Source: Minisyncoccota bacterium | GTDB lineage: Bacteria > Patescibacteriota > Minisyncoccia > Phycocordibacterales > UBA9973 | DNA: 64,000 nucleotides | Direction of reading: 5' to 3' | Assembly: GCA_018061035.1 (NCBI GenBank) | Contig: JAGOUX010000002.1 | Location: forward strand, 24,722-88,721 | Part shown: positions 25,739 through 35,700 of the stretch, one piece after another | Numbering within the stretch: the stretch's first letter is position 1 | How the letters are laid out: each line of letters opens with the position of its first letter | Position numbers and translations under genes: made by a program | Notes under the pieces: generated by a model | Told to the model about the DNA's origin: nothing | What the model saw: only the letters and a program-made list of their open reading frames with translations | The model's database searches: none

Positions 25739-28378
25739 ATGAAAACTGATAAAAATATAGATAAAATAGTCGTTAAGGGGGCTAGGACCCACAACCTCAA
25801 AAACATAAGTGTAGAGATGCCCCGCAATAAAATGGTGGTGATTACTGGTGTCTCCGGATCTGGAAAGTCATCACTGGCATTTGATACAATCTTCGCCGAA
25901 GGTCAGCGCAGATATGTGGAGTCTCTGTCTTCTTATGCACGACAATTTTTAAACCAAATGCCTAAGCCTGATGTGGACGAGATCACAGGTCTTTCACCTG
26001 CAATTTCTATCGACCAGAAATCTCGGTCAAACAATCCGCGCTCTACAGTAGCAACAATCACAGAGATCTACGACTATCTCCGTGTTATGTATGCACGTAT
26101 TGGCCACCCGCATTGTCCTGTCTGCGGAGAAGAGATCAAGAAGCTTTCCAATGAAGAGATTTTGAATTTTGTTTTGGATTCCATAAGAACTTACGAACTT
26201 AAAAGCTCTACTTCTAACGGAACAGGAAAAGGTAAAAAGAAAGTTATGGGAGTTGAATATAATGATACTGAAATTAGTATACTTTCGCCGATAGTCCGCG
26301 GACGAAAGGGGGAGTACTACCAGCTTCTATATGATTTACTCGGTAAAGGTTTTGCCGAGATACGACTTGATGGCTCAATGAAGAAACTTCGGGAATCTAT
26401 TACACTCTCCAAGAACAAAGCTCACAACATTGATATATTAGTGGACCATTTTGCTCTTCACGAATTTAAAGATGACAAGGATGCGAGTCGAATGAGATTA
26501 GCTGAAGCACTTGAGCGCGCATTAATTGAATCTGATGGACTGGTCACAATCAAGATCGGAGAAGAAGAATTCATCATGTCTGCAAAATTTGCGTGTAAGA
26601 ATGATGGATTTTCATTCCCAGAAGTTGAGCCGAGATTGTTCTCTTTCAACTCACCATACGGTGCGTGCCCAACCTGTAATGGTCTTGGAACTAAATACTT
26701 CGGAGGATTAGATGTGTGTGATGATTGTAAGGGTGCACGACTTCGTCCTGAAGCTCTAAATGTTTTCCTCACAGCCAATATGCCAGCAGGGAAGAAAAGT
26801 GCGCATAAGGGCCGAGTAAATATTCTCGACTTAGCAGACCTTTCTATTGCAGATGCTCATGAGTTCTTCAAGAACTTAAAACTTTCTGATCAAGAGAAAG
26901 ATATTTCTGTACCTGTAGTAAAGGAAATCGAAGCGCGACTTCAATTTATGCTCGACGTCGGATTAGATTATCTTCAGCTGTCTCGTAAGGCGAACACTCT
27001 CTCTGGAGGAGAAGCGCAAAGAATACGCCTGGCTTCTCAGCTCGGTTCTCGACTTGTGGGAGCACTGTATGTGCTCGATGAGCCTACTATTGGTCTTCAC
27101 CAGCGAGATAATGATAGACTCATAAAAACCCTATTAAACCTGCGTGATTTGGGTAATACTATATTGGTGGTAGAACACGACGAAGATACTATTTATGCAT
27201 CAGATTATATTGTGGATATTGGACCAAAGGCTGGAGTGCATGGAGGTAAAGTTATCGCCGCGGGTTATCTCGATGAATTTCTTACTGCTAAAAAAAATAC
27301 AACTGGTTCAAGAACCTTGGGATATTTGCGTGAAGAATTAAAGATTGAAATTCCTGAGAAAAGAAGGGAATCAAAAGGCGTACTACGTATTGCTGGCGGA
27401 AAAGTGTTTAACATTAACAACCTTAACGTTGAAGTACCGCTTGGTGTTATGACTTCCATCACTGGAGTTTCTGGTAGTGGTAAGAGTTCTTTCATGTATG
27501 AAATTCTGTATAAGAATCTCCAGGGAAGACTGGAAAGAAAATATCGTACGGCACAGATATTCAATTGTTCATCTTTTACTGGGACAGAATATATTTCTCG
27601 AGTGATACTGATTGATCAATCTCCGATTGGACGAACGCCCCGCTCAAACATCGCTACATACACTGGCACCTTTACTCACATCCGCGATATCTTTGCGACA
27701 ACAGAAGATGCACGATTACGAGGATGGAAGGCCAACAGATTTTCTTTCAATGTTAAGGGAGGACGATGTGAAGCTTGTGAGGGCAATGGTGAGATCGCAG
27801 TAGAGATGCATTTTTTGCCGACCGTATATGTGACCTGTGATGTCTGTGGTGGTAAGAGATTCGACAAAGAGACACTGACCGTAAAATACAAAAAGAAAAA
27901 TATCTACGAAGTCCTTAAAATGACAGTAGAGGAAGGACTGGAATTCTTTAAGGATATCCCAGCTATTTCTGATCGCTTAGAAACACTTCAGAATGTTGGT
28001 CTTGGATATCTCGAGCTTGGTCAGTCTGCCACAACACTTTCAGGTGGTGAGGCTCAGCGTGTAAAAATCTCTAGCGAGCTCTATCGTCCACACACAGAGA
28101 AGACCGTATACCTGCTCGATGAACCGACAGTGGGACTTCACTATGATGACGTGCATAAACTACTCGAAGTGCTTAATAAGCTTGTATCTAAAGGCAATAC
28201 CGTAGTTCTCATTGAGCACAACCTCGATATCATTAAATGTTCTGATTATATAATAGACATAGGACCTGAAGGAGGAGTAAATGGAGGTAATGTTGTAGCA
28301 AAGGGAACACCCGAAGAAGTTGCAGGTAATAGTAAGTCATATACTGGGAAATATCTAAAAAAGGTTTTGCGTAAATAA
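25739..28378 (+). CDS. uvrA: excinuclease ABC subunit A
   Basis: Two ABC ATPase modules (GVSGSGKSS twice), zinc-finger Cys clusters and LSGGE signatures. Confidence 0.9.
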   Translation: MKTDKNIDKIVVKGARTHNLKNISVEMPRNKMVVITGVSGSGKSSLAFDTIFAEGQRRYVESLSSYARQFLNQMPKPDVDEITGLSPAISIDQKSRSNNPRSTVATITEIYDYLRVMYARIGHPHCPVCGEEIKKLSNEEILNFVLDSIRTYELKSSTSNGTGKGKKKVMGVEYNDTEISILSPIVRGRKGEYYQLLYDLLGKGFAEIRLDGSMKKLRESITLSKNKAHNIDILVDHFALHEFKDDKDASRMRLAEALERALIESDGLVTIKIGEEEFIMSAKFACKNDGFSFPEVEPRLFSFNSPYGACPTCNGLGTKYFGGLDVCDDCKGARLRPEALNVFLTANMPAGKKSAHKGRVNILDLADLSIADAHEFFKNLKLSDQEKDISVPVVKEIEARLQFMLDVGLDYLQLSRKANTLSGGEAQRIRLASQLGSRLVGALYVLDEPTIGLHQRDNDRLIKTLLNLRDLGNTILVVEHDEDTIYASDYIVDIGPKAGVHGGKVIAAGYLDEFLTAKKNTTGSRTLGYLREELKIEIPEKRRESKGVLRIAGGKVFNINNLNVEVPLGVMTSITGVSGSGKSSFMYEILYKNLQGRLERKYRTAQIFNCSSFTGTEYISRVILIDQSPIGRTPRSNIATYTGTFTHIRDIFATTEDARLRGWKANRFSFNVKGGRCEACEGNGEIAVEMHFLPTVYVTCDVCGGKRFDKETLTVKYKKKNIYEVLKMTVEEGLEFFKDIPAISDRLETLQNVGLGYLELGQSATTLSGGEAQRVKISSELYRPHTEKTVYLLDEPTVGLHYDDVHKLLEVLNKLVSKGNTVVLIEHNLDIIKCSDYIIDIGPEGGVNGGNVVAKGTPEEVAGNSKSYTGKYLKKVLRK

Positions 28379-28380
28379 GT

Positions 28381-29562
28381 ATGAAAATAGCTCACCTTAA
28401 AAAATTTAAACTTCCCAATAAACCCGGAGTATATTTTTTCTTAAAAGGGAAGGAGATTGTATATATCGGTAAGGCTACATCTCTGCGTGATAGGGTGAAA
28501 AGTTATTTCAGCAAAGATCTTATCGAGACTAGGGGTCCGATAATTTTGGATATGGTCTTTAAAGCAGATCAGATCAAATTTGAGGTGACCGATAGCGTCC
28601 TCGAAGCACTCATCCTTGAAGCCGAGCTGATAAAAAGGTATCAGCCAAAATCCAACACCAAAGAAAAGTCCGACAAAAGCTTCAATTATGTATTAATTAC
28701 AAAAGACGAGGTGCCAAAAGTATTGATTGTGCGAGGTAAAGATTTACCTAATCATAAAGGTCCGTCTTTTGGACCATATACCAATGGTGCACAACTGAAA
28801 ACAGCCTTGCAGATAATTCGTAAAATATTTCCTTTTGTAGATGAAGCTTCTAGCAAGAGAGCCAATGTGGAGTTTTACAAACAAATCCACCTCACTCCAG
28901 CAAACACTGAAGAGTATCTTAGAAATATCAAAAATCTCAAACTATTTTTGCATGGCAAGAAAAAAGATGTGCTTCGAAATCTTAAAAAGGAAATGAATGC
29001 ATATGCCAAGGTCAAAGCTTTCGAAAGGGCGGGCGAAGTCAAAAGGCAAATTTTTGCTCTGATGCATATCAACGATGTCGCCCTTCTCAAGGGAGACAAA
29101 GTATTTTCTAGGCACGCTGTCCGTATCGAAGCTTATGATATAGCCCACATGGGCGGCAAGAATATGGTGGGCGTTATGACTGTAGTAGAAAACGGGGAAG
29201 CAGTAAAAAGTGAATATAAGAAATTCAAGATACGGACTCAATCTGATGCCAATGACACAGGGGCATTGAAAGAGGTCCTTGAGAGGCGCCTGGGGCACCC
29301 TGAGTGGCCCGCACCAGCATTTATAGTGGTGGATGGCTCTACTGCGCAGATCAATACAGCTGAGGCTGTGATAGCCAAAATGGACCTTTCTGTGCCAGTA
29401 GTATCAGTGGTAAAGGATGACAAACACAAAGCCAAAGACATAATGGGGGACAAGACTTTGGCAGTGAAATACAAGAGGGAAATATTATTGGCCAATAGTG
29501 AAGCACATAGGTTTGCTATCAGTTATCACAAGAATATGCGTAATAAAAATTTCTTAAAATAG
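28381..29562 (+). CDS. uvrC: excinuclease ABC subunit C, short form lacking the C-terminal (HhH)2 domain
   Basis: GIY-YIG N-terminus (GVYFFLKGKEIVYIGKATSLRDRVKSYF), UvrB-interacting UVR-like segment and RNase H-like endonuclease region (FIVVDGSTAQ); ends at 393 aa. Confidence 0.75.
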   Translation: MKIAHLKKFKLPNKPGVYFFLKGKEIVYIGKATSLRDRVKSYFSKDLIETRGPIILDMVFKADQIKFEVTDSVLEALILEAELIKRYQPKSNTKEKSDKSFNYVLITKDEVPKVLIVRGKDLPNHKGPSFGPYTNGAQLKTALQIIRKIFPFVDEASSKRANVEFYKQIHLTPANTEEYLRNIKNLKLFLHGKKKDVLRNLKKEMNAYAKVKAFERAGEVKRQIFALMHINDVALLKGDKVFSRHAVRIEAYDIAHMGGKNMVGVMTVVENGEAVKSEYKKFKIRTQSDANDTGALKEVLERRLGHPEWPAPAFIVVDGSTAQINTAEAVIAKMDLSVPVVSVVKDDKHKAKDIMGDKTLAVKYKREILLANSEAHRFAISYHKNMRNKNFLK

Positions 29563-29571
29563 TGTATAATA

Positions 29572-30516
29572 TTGGATATGAATTTTGAACCTGATGTACC
29601 CAATTTAGTAAAAGGACCTGCTGTTAAATTTACTAGTCTTGTTATAGAGAGAGGTAAAACAGAATTATTCGACAATCTACCAGACAATAGCATTGCTCTT
29701 GATGGTTATGTCCAAGGACCAGAGTTTGATTTGGAGCGCAACAGATTTTCGTTTGACCATCACGATAGAGTAAATCGTCAGATTACACGCGCGAGTTGCC
29801 AGCAAGTGATGGACGCTATCCTCTTAGGATATGAACCAAAGGATGCCAGTATTCACATAAACGATATTGATGGTGATACCGTTCTGTCTGTTTGGCTTTT
29901 GCGTCATCCTGAAATGGCAAAGGATCCAAAAGTTAGAATGTTGGTGGAATCAGTGGGAGGTGTTGATGCTCATGGTCCCGCATATTTAGCCCTTGATCCA
30001 GAACTAGCTGAAAAGTTTTTTCAAGGAGTTATGAAACCAGAAGGCGACGCAAGGAGAAGCAGGACTTATGCTCAAGCTGACCTTGCTGTCTTATTAGAAC
30101 AATGTTTAAAAAACTTAGATGATCTAGTGTCCGGCAAGCTTGAATACACTAAAGTAGAAAATGAAAAAAGTTTTAAAGTCATAAAGGAAGGTTCAGGTTG
30201 GATTATGGCTGAGTCAGAGGATTTTGTTTTTGATCTTGTTTATAAAGCTGGTCATACTAGGGCAGTGGCAATACAAAGACAGCCAGACGGTAGTATTGCT
30301 TATACTGTTGCTAAAAAGTCCGAACTCGTGAGTAATTTTCCAGTTGGTCCAATGTCAAAAGAAGGTTCGATTCTTTATGAATTAAATAAAATTGAACCGG
30401 GTTGGGGCGGAGGTTCGACTATCGGAGGTGCGCCAAGAAATCCAGATGGTTCAAGGTCTAGATTATCACCAGAGCAAGTTTTTGAAGTGATTGAAAGAAT
30501 TGTAGGTAAAAAATAA
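29572..30516 (+). CDS. hypothetical protein with DHH-like (FDHHDR) and GGGS motifs; possible DHH/DHHA1-type phosphoesterase
   Basis: 314 aa (the NrnA size class), with motifs ALDGY, FDHHDRV, NDIDGD and GWGGGSTIGG; TTG start; moderately higher GC than the backbone. Confidence 0.35.
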   Translation: MDMNFEPDVPNLVKGPAVKFTSLVIERGKTELFDNLPDNSIALDGYVQGPEFDLERNRFSFDHHDRVNRQITRASCQQVMDAILLGYEPKDASIHINDIDGDTVLSVWLLRHPEMAKDPKVRMLVESVGGVDAHGPAYLALDPELAEKFFQGVMKPEGDARRSRTYAQADLAVLLEQCLKNLDDLVSGKLEYTKVENEKSFKVIKEGSGWIMAESEDFVFDLVYKAGHTRAVAIQRQPDGSIAYTVAKKSELVSNFPVGPMSKEGSILYELNKIEPGWGGGSTIGGAPRNPDGSRSRLSPEQVFEVIERIVGKK

Positions 30517-30524
30517 TCATTTTT

Positions 30525-31823
30525 ATGAAAACCCTCGACCAACAAGCACCAACACCACCACTTACAGGACGAGCCGGACTTGATCTCTTAAAAGCATCAT
30601 CTGCAAAAGTTGCAGGTATTCGTTTGGTTGATTTACTTAAAACCCCAGAAGGCAAAGAATTATTAAAAATAAAGAAGATTATTCTTGCTGGGCCACCTCG
30701 TTCAGGAAAATCCTGTCTACGACAAGGATTAAAAGATACTATTCGCACCATACCTGATGCTCCATATCCTCTTTTTATTACTGGTTGTCCAGATGGTGAA
30801 GGCGCGTGGTTTCAAGAGGCCATGAATAATGACCCAGCCCTAGCTGCTAAATTAAAAGCAGAATATAAATCTAAATTTACTCCAGAATTTGTATCGAGGG
30901 TCTCGGAAGGGGTAAAAAATCTATCCTTACCCCATAGTCCATTAAATTTTATAGATATAGGCGGAGTGACATCTCCAGAAAATGAAGAAATCTGCAAGTA
31001 TGCAAATGGTGCTGTTCTATTGTGCGGAGAAAGTGCCACAAAAAATGGAGCACCGGCAGAATGGAAAGCTTTTTTTGCAAAACTAGGTATTCCTGTTATT
31101 GCGGAAGTTTATTCAGATTATCATGGCAAGACTGATATTATTGATGGAGTGGGGGAGGATGGTGTTTTTAGGGGTTCTGTCCATCACCTTGAGCGTGGAG
31201 AGAATCTTTCAGGAAGAGAAGCAATTCAAGATTTGGCAAAATTTATTGTAAATTTAGGCGAGGAGCAAAGCAAAGAATCCAACTTGTCGCTAATGTCTAT
31301 TGAGCAAATAAAAGAAAGGGTCGATCTTCTAATTGAAGATTGGCAGAAGAAACTACCACAGACCCGAATCGTATTAGGCGGATCATTGGTGTCTGGATTG
31401 TTTATTTTAGATGAGCACACAAAATTGATTGATGTTGATGTAAGATTTCTGACTGATGGACAACCAAGTCAAGATTTAATAGAAAATATTGAAAATGTTA
31501 CAGGTTTGAAATATAGAAAAACAATAGCAGTGGAAGATTGGCCACAGGGTACGAGCGAAGGGTATATGATAGAAGGCCAAATTAAATTACCCGACTGCGA
31601 TTTGCCTTTAGACATAGAGGGTTGTTTGAGGAATAATAAGTATGTTGGCTGGGCAAGATTTTATCAACAAGTTTTGACACCCACAGAGCTGGTTGACTTC
31701 TTGGAAAAGAAGAAAAGTCTACGAGATCATAAGGTGGAATATAAAGCATTAAAAAAAGAAATGATAAAATTAGTTATTGGGCGGTGCATTGAGCGAGGTC
31801 TTGTTGATGCACCACAAGGCTAA
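30525..31823 (+). CDS. two-domain protein: N-terminal P-loop kinase-like NTPase (GPPRSGKS) fused to a C-terminal minimal nucleotidyltransferase-like domain (GGS...DxD)
   Basis: Walker A ILAGPPRSGKSCL; C-terminal IVLGGSLVSGLFILDEHTKLIDVDV fits the Pol-beta NTase hG[GS]x9-13Dh[DE]h pattern. Confidence 0.45.
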   Translation: MKTLDQQAPTPPLTGRAGLDLLKASSAKVAGIRLVDLLKTPEGKELLKIKKIILAGPPRSGKSCLRQGLKDTIRTIPDAPYPLFITGCPDGEGAWFQEAMNNDPALAAKLKAEYKSKFTPEFVSRVSEGVKNLSLPHSPLNFIDIGGVTSPENEEICKYANGAVLLCGESATKNGAPAEWKAFFAKLGIPVIAEVYSDYHGKTDIIDGVGEDGVFRGSVHHLERGENLSGREAIQDLAKFIVNLGEEQSKESNLSLMSIEQIKERVDLLIEDWQKKLPQTRIVLGGSLVSGLFILDEHTKLIDVDVRFLTDGQPSQDLIENIENVTGLKYRKTIAVEDWPQGTSEGYMIEGQIKLPDCDLPLDIEGCLRNNKYVGWARFYQQVLTPTELVDFLEKKKSLRDHKVEYKALKKEMIKLVIGRCIERGLVDAPQG

Positions 31824-32584
31824 TTATTTTCTGGATATTTATTCCACAGTGCGTCAAAAAGCATTTCAAAGGTTTTTGCTATGTTTACGTCTTCTATGAT
31901 TGTAGTAATAGAGCAATCTTTAAAAGAAGTTAGACCAACCTTGTCGCCGTATATAATAACCTGAGCTGGATTGTTTAATTCAATCCTAGGCACCCTTCTT
32001 CTTTCTATTAGGTACTTCTCGTCCTCCTCTTTGGTGACTGAGCTTGGTGTGTTTTTTATTGGAACAATTAGTTTTATTTTAATACCAGCTTCACGAAATA
32101 CCTCTCTATTTTTAGAGGTTATGGACTTCAAATCATCAGTGTTGTTATCAAGAGGGGAGCGAATCAGCTTTATATCTTTTCGTGTGTGTAGTATGTCTTT
32201 ATTCAAAATTTTAATTCCTTCCAGTCCTTCATAAAAACGTACTGTTGGTTTTCCACAAATAAGATTAAATTGTGCACCCATAGTACTTATAGCTTCATGA
32301 AGAGCTTGGTCTGCTAGTTTTAAGTCTTCTTCTTTTTTTTGTACCAATGTATGGAGCTTGGATGGATGCAGTGCTGAGAAGGTGCTTACAGATCCAGGTA
32401 CGGAATGCTCATTTATAAGCCCCAATTCTACAAGTTGCTTTAATATTTTATACACCAAACTACGATTAACCCTACTTTCCAGGGCAATTTTTCTGGCATG
32501 TAGTGTGCCCGTATTCACTAACGTAGAATATACTTTTGCCTGTTCCTCATTTAAGCCTATTTGCTCTAGTAATTTTATACTCAT
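31820..32584 (-). CDS. TrmB-family transcriptional regulator
   Basis: N-terminal wHTH LNEEQAKVYSTLVNTGTLHARKIALESRVNRSLVYKILKQLVELGLI and TrmB-like C-terminal domain; convergent with and overlapping the upstream module by 4 nt. Confidence 0.6.
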   Translation of the reverse strand: MSIKLLEQIGLNEEQAKVYSTLVNTGTLHARKIALESRVNRSLVYKILKQLVELGLINEHSVPGSVSTFSALHPSKLHTLVQKKEEDLKLADQALHEAISTMGAQFNLICGKPTVRFYEGLEGIKILNKDILHTRKDIKLIRSPLDNNTDDLKSITSKNREVFREAGIKIKLIVPIKNTPSSVTKEEDEKYLIERRRVPRIELNNPAQVIIYGDKVGLTSFKDCSITTIIEDVNIAKTFEMLFDALWNKYPENN

Positions 32585-32764
32585 AAATTGTTTTTTCTAT
32601 ATAACAATAATACCCTTATATTATCACGGTGGTATGCATGCTGTCAAATTTGTGTGAAAATATCCTTATTTATATAGATATATAATAAATTATGCTTGAC
32701 TTTAGACCCCTAATATGCTATACTTATATTAGTAAGGTTGGTTCTTTGAAAATAACCAGAGTCC

Positions 32765-32817
32765 TCGGCAGGTGAAGATAAACGTGAGAATTTTTCGTTT
32801 TTATCTTCACCTGCCGA
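32765..32817. other. perfect 18-bp-stem hairpin (TCGGCAGGTGAAGATAAA ... TTTATCTTCACCTGCCGA) bounding the left edge of a G+C-rich island
   Basis: Arms at 32765-32782 and 32800-32817 with a 17-nt loop; a possible terminator, insulator or att-associated structure. Confidence 0.45.
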
Positions 32818-32870
32818 CAAGCGGAGGGTGAAAAACAACCCGTCGGCGTAAAAGTCGACATTTTTGAGGA

Positions 32871-33176
32871 GTGATAATGACGACGACGTACAATGTTGTT
32901 CTCGAGGGTGGAAACACCCTCAAAATGTCATTCGGCGTTTCGGCGCAGAATGACGTGATTGTCCGCGACGCTGTCGCGGCGGTCAAGGCGCTCGAGCTGA
33001 CCGGTGGTAAGCTGGTCAAGCTCAACGGACCGGCGAGCCTGCCGGTCGCGTGCGCCATCGCGCACGAGGTCGGGCACCTTTACGGTGCCGTTGCCTGCTT
33101 CGACCCGAAGCTGGCAAAGTATGTCGTGGCAGTGAGCCACGACCCCGACTTCGCGGTCGGTGATCTCGTGGACTGA
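32871..33176 (+). CDS. small protein resembling Csx3/Crn3 (CRISPR-associated ring nuclease family), on a G+C-rich island
   Basis: About 100 aa with pattern GGKLVKLNGPASLPVACAIAHEVGHLYGAVACFDPKLAKYVVAVSHDPDFAVGDLV. This recalls the Csx3 core (GRAPIWLY..H..H..YDPRLG..VVVxRHHPDYPF) from memory only; strong RBS GAGGAG. Confidence 0.3.
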   Translation: MIMTTTYNVVLEGGNTLKMSFGVSAQNDVIVRDAVAAVKALELTGGKLVKLNGPASLPVACAIAHEVGHLYGAVACFDPKLAKYVVAVSHDPDFAVGDLVD

Positions 33177-33445
33177 AACATCAAATCCTGGACTCCCAAA
33201 AGGATCTAGGTCGGGTGATCATCGCATCACCCGTGCACTCGCAAGATGTGTATCTTGCCTGATGAGTCCAAAAGGACGAAAGTGTGGTTCTTTAAAAATA
33301 AAATATTCTGAAACTAGACAACTAGATTGTAAATCTATTTGTTGTTTGCTTGTCTGGTTTCAGACTAAAGGTGAAGTTGGCGACCTGAACTGCCAACATT
33401 TCACGCTCACGGCACAAGCCACGAGCACGAAAACGGGAGAGAAAA

Positions 33446-34942
33446 ATGAGAACGATCAGAATCGACACGACCAAGCGCGGTTTTGCAGCGATGTGGGAGT
33501 CGGGTGGAGGAATGACCTCCGGCGGTTCGGCTACCATCATCACTGGCAAGAATGGCGAAGCGCGGCGCCCGGTTTACATGCCACGTGGCGGGCATCTCGC
33601 CTGTGGCAATCACGCACTCATCACGGTTCACGAAGGTTTCTATGTCGTGCATGCCAGTGTGTCGCGCGGCACTCGTTCATCAGCCAGTATCTCCCGAATC
33701 GTCTCGGTGTCCGTGAAAGACATCGACGGCGAGAAGTGGGAAGCGAAGGCTGAAGTGGAGGAGGTTTATACCTTTTCCAAGGGCGAGTGGAACAAACCGC
33801 TCGAAGAGAAGTTCATCAAGGCAGTCGAGGCGGCCTTCCGTAAGGCAGGGGTGTATCACTGCCGGTCGGCCTACTACATCGACATTTCGGCGAAGCCGGA
33901 AGCCTCCGAGGCTGAGTTGACGAAACAAGCCGAAGAGACTCGCAGGCAGGACGAAGATCGTGCGCGTCTCCGGCAGGCCAAGGTTGACCGCGAAGCACAA
34001 GCCAAGGCGGAAGCCGAAGCTGCGAGCAAGGCGGCCAAGGAAGCCGGACTCGGTGCTCGTCTCGATGCGGTAAATGTTCGTCTGACGGCTCTCGGGCGCG
34101 AGCTTGTGGAGCAGGGTGAGGTTTCGTTCAAGTGGAGCTGGCAGAACCAGTACTACACTGAACAGGTCGTCGCCAACGTCGAGCGGAGCGTGACCCAGCT
34201 CGAGGCCGAGAAGATCGAGCAGGAACGCAAGCGCATCACGCGTGAAACGTTCCAGCCGAAGTTCGAGGTGTTCAAGCCCCGGATCGAAGCACTCAGTCTC
34301 ACGGTCGAGTTCGGAACGGACAGCGTCCGTCTCACTGGAGACTACTACGGGCAACCGTACTCCGATGAAGGTGTGGCGAAGTTCGCGGCCGAACTAGAAA
34401 AGCGGGAGCGGGACGCTGCCGAGGCGAGGGCAAAAGCCGACGCCGAAGCGAACTACCAACGGCGAAAGACGGAAGCGGTGGTCTTCGGGCTGCCGACCGA
34501 CATCCGCATCTGGCGTCGTCGCGGTGGTCGTACCAACGCGGGTGACGGGTGGGTCATCGGACCTAACGGCCAGGACCGTGCCAACACGGGTTGGTCGGAT
34601 CCGTACTCGCGTCGCCTTCAGCGCTACGGCGAGGGCGAGATGATCTGGGAGCAGGTGCTTCCGGGCGAGATCGTACTCAAGTGGTCGAAGTCGTCTTCGG
34701 CTGCCCCGCACGAGTTCGTGGTCGTCTACCACCCCACTGAGCCTCTCACCGAGGCTCAACTCGAGCGCATTCTGGAAATCGAGGATGAGCTGGAGAAGGA
34801 GTGGAAAAATGCTCGTGGTCTCGCTTCCGGCCTGTCGAGTCCGCCTGTCGGTGGTGGTTGGGGTCTTCTCCCGAAGTCCTCACCAAGCTCGAAAGGAGGC
34901 ACGGCGACGCTCGACGATCTCCGCTGCAAGTGGGGCGGGTGA
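33446..34942 (+). CDS. hypothetical 498-aa protein: N-terminal globular domain, Ala/Glu/Lys-rich coiled-coil (TolA-like AEAKAEAE repeats), C-terminal domain
   Basis: G+C-rich ORF with RBS GGGAGAG. It has no signal peptide or TM segment and no recognisable catalytic motif. Confidence 0.4.
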   Translation: MRTIRIDTTKRGFAAMWESGGGMTSGGSATIITGKNGEARRPVYMPRGGHLACGNHALITVHEGFYVVHASVSRGTRSSASISRIVSVSVKDIDGEKWEAKAEVEEVYTFSKGEWNKPLEEKFIKAVEAAFRKAGVYHCRSAYYIDISAKPEASEAELTKQAEETRRQDEDRARLRQAKVDREAQAKAEAEAASKAAKEAGLGARLDAVNVRLTALGRELVEQGEVSFKWSWQNQYYTEQVVANVERSVTQLEAEKIEQERKRITRETFQPKFEVFKPRIEALSLTVEFGTDSVRLTGDYYGQPYSDEGVAKFAAELEKRERDAAEARAKADAEANYQRRKTEAVVFGLPTDIRIWRRRGGRTNAGDGWVIGPNGQDRANTGWSDPYSRRLQRYGEGEMIWEQVLPGEIVLKWSKSSSAAPHEFVVVYHPTEPLTEAQLERILEIEDELEKEWKNARGLASGLSSPPVGGGWGLLPKSSPSSKGGTATLDDLRCKWGG

Positions 34943-34971
34943 TAAATTCCTTTCTGAAAGGAGGTGATAAA

Positions 34972-35115
34972 ATGTTGAAGTTCGTTGGCTTGGCCCTGTT
35001 GTTGGTGTGGGCCGGTGCGATCGCAATTACGCACAAGGCCCCCACAGAGCTCTTTTTTCTCGGCACCATCGCATTATTGGGTGGTGTTGTTGAGAACCAC
35101 TTCTCTCGCAAGTAG
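34972..35115 (+). CDS. 47-aa single-TM membrane peptide (MLKFVGLALLLVWAGAIAITHK...)
   Basis: Strong RBS GGAGGTG 7 nt upstream; G+C-rich; last gene of the island. Confidence 0.35.
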   Translation: MLKFVGLALLLVWAGAIAITHKAPTELFFLGTIALLGGVVENHFSRK

Positions 35116-35204
35116 AGAGAGTGAGGTTATAAAACATATCTGCCGAGCATGAAAATTGTTCGGCATTCTTGTTAAGTTTATAAGTTTCTTGTAGATTTAT
35201 AGGG

Positions 35205-35693
35205 ATGAAGAAAATGGAAAACACAAAAGAGAATATAGTCATACTAAACGACATCAGAAGCGTGGAGAATGTGGGTGCTATGTTTCGCACGGCTGATGCC
35301 GCGGGTATAGATAAGATTTACCTAGTTGGCACCAGCCCTTGCCCAATTGATAGATTTGGGCGAAAAAGAAATGATCTAGCTAAATCTGCTCTTGGTGCAG
35401 AGGAATTCGTGGCCTGGGAGTACAAAAAGACTATTTCACCGCTTTTAACTAAACTAAAAAAAGACGGCTATCAAATAATTGCGATAGAGCAAGATGAAAA
35501 ATCTGTAAATTATAAAAAAGTAAAAACAAAAAATAAAAATGCTTTTATTGTTGGCACTGAAGTCTCAGGCATACCAAAGAATATTTTGAATAAATGCGAT
35601 ATTATCTCCGAGATACCCATGAAGGGGAAGAAGGAATCTCTTAATGTTTCTGTGGCTTTGGGTGTGGTCTTGTTTCGGATACTTGGTATATAA
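35205..35693 (+). CDS. SpoU/TrmH-family RNA 2'-O-methyltransferase
   Basis: SPOUT motifs VENVGAMFRTADAAG, IVGTEVSGIP and SLNVSVALGVVL. Confidence 0.7.
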   Translation: MKKMENTKENIVILNDIRSVENVGAMFRTADAAGIDKIYLVGTSPCPIDRFGRKRNDLAKSALGAEEFVAWEYKKTISPLLTKLKKDGYQIIAIEQDEKSVNYKKVKTKNKNAFIVGTEVSGIPKNILNKCDIISEIPMKGKKESLNVSVALGVVLFRILGI

Positions 35694-35700
35694 TTGATTT

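Noticed and set aside
33680-34354. 224-aa antisense ORF inside the 498-aa gene (also 38716-39324 inside the 223-aa gene, 50435-50848, 51209-51858 and similar)
   Set aside because: Long stop-free antisense frames are expected in G+C-rich DNA. They lack RBSs and lie opposite better-supported genes.
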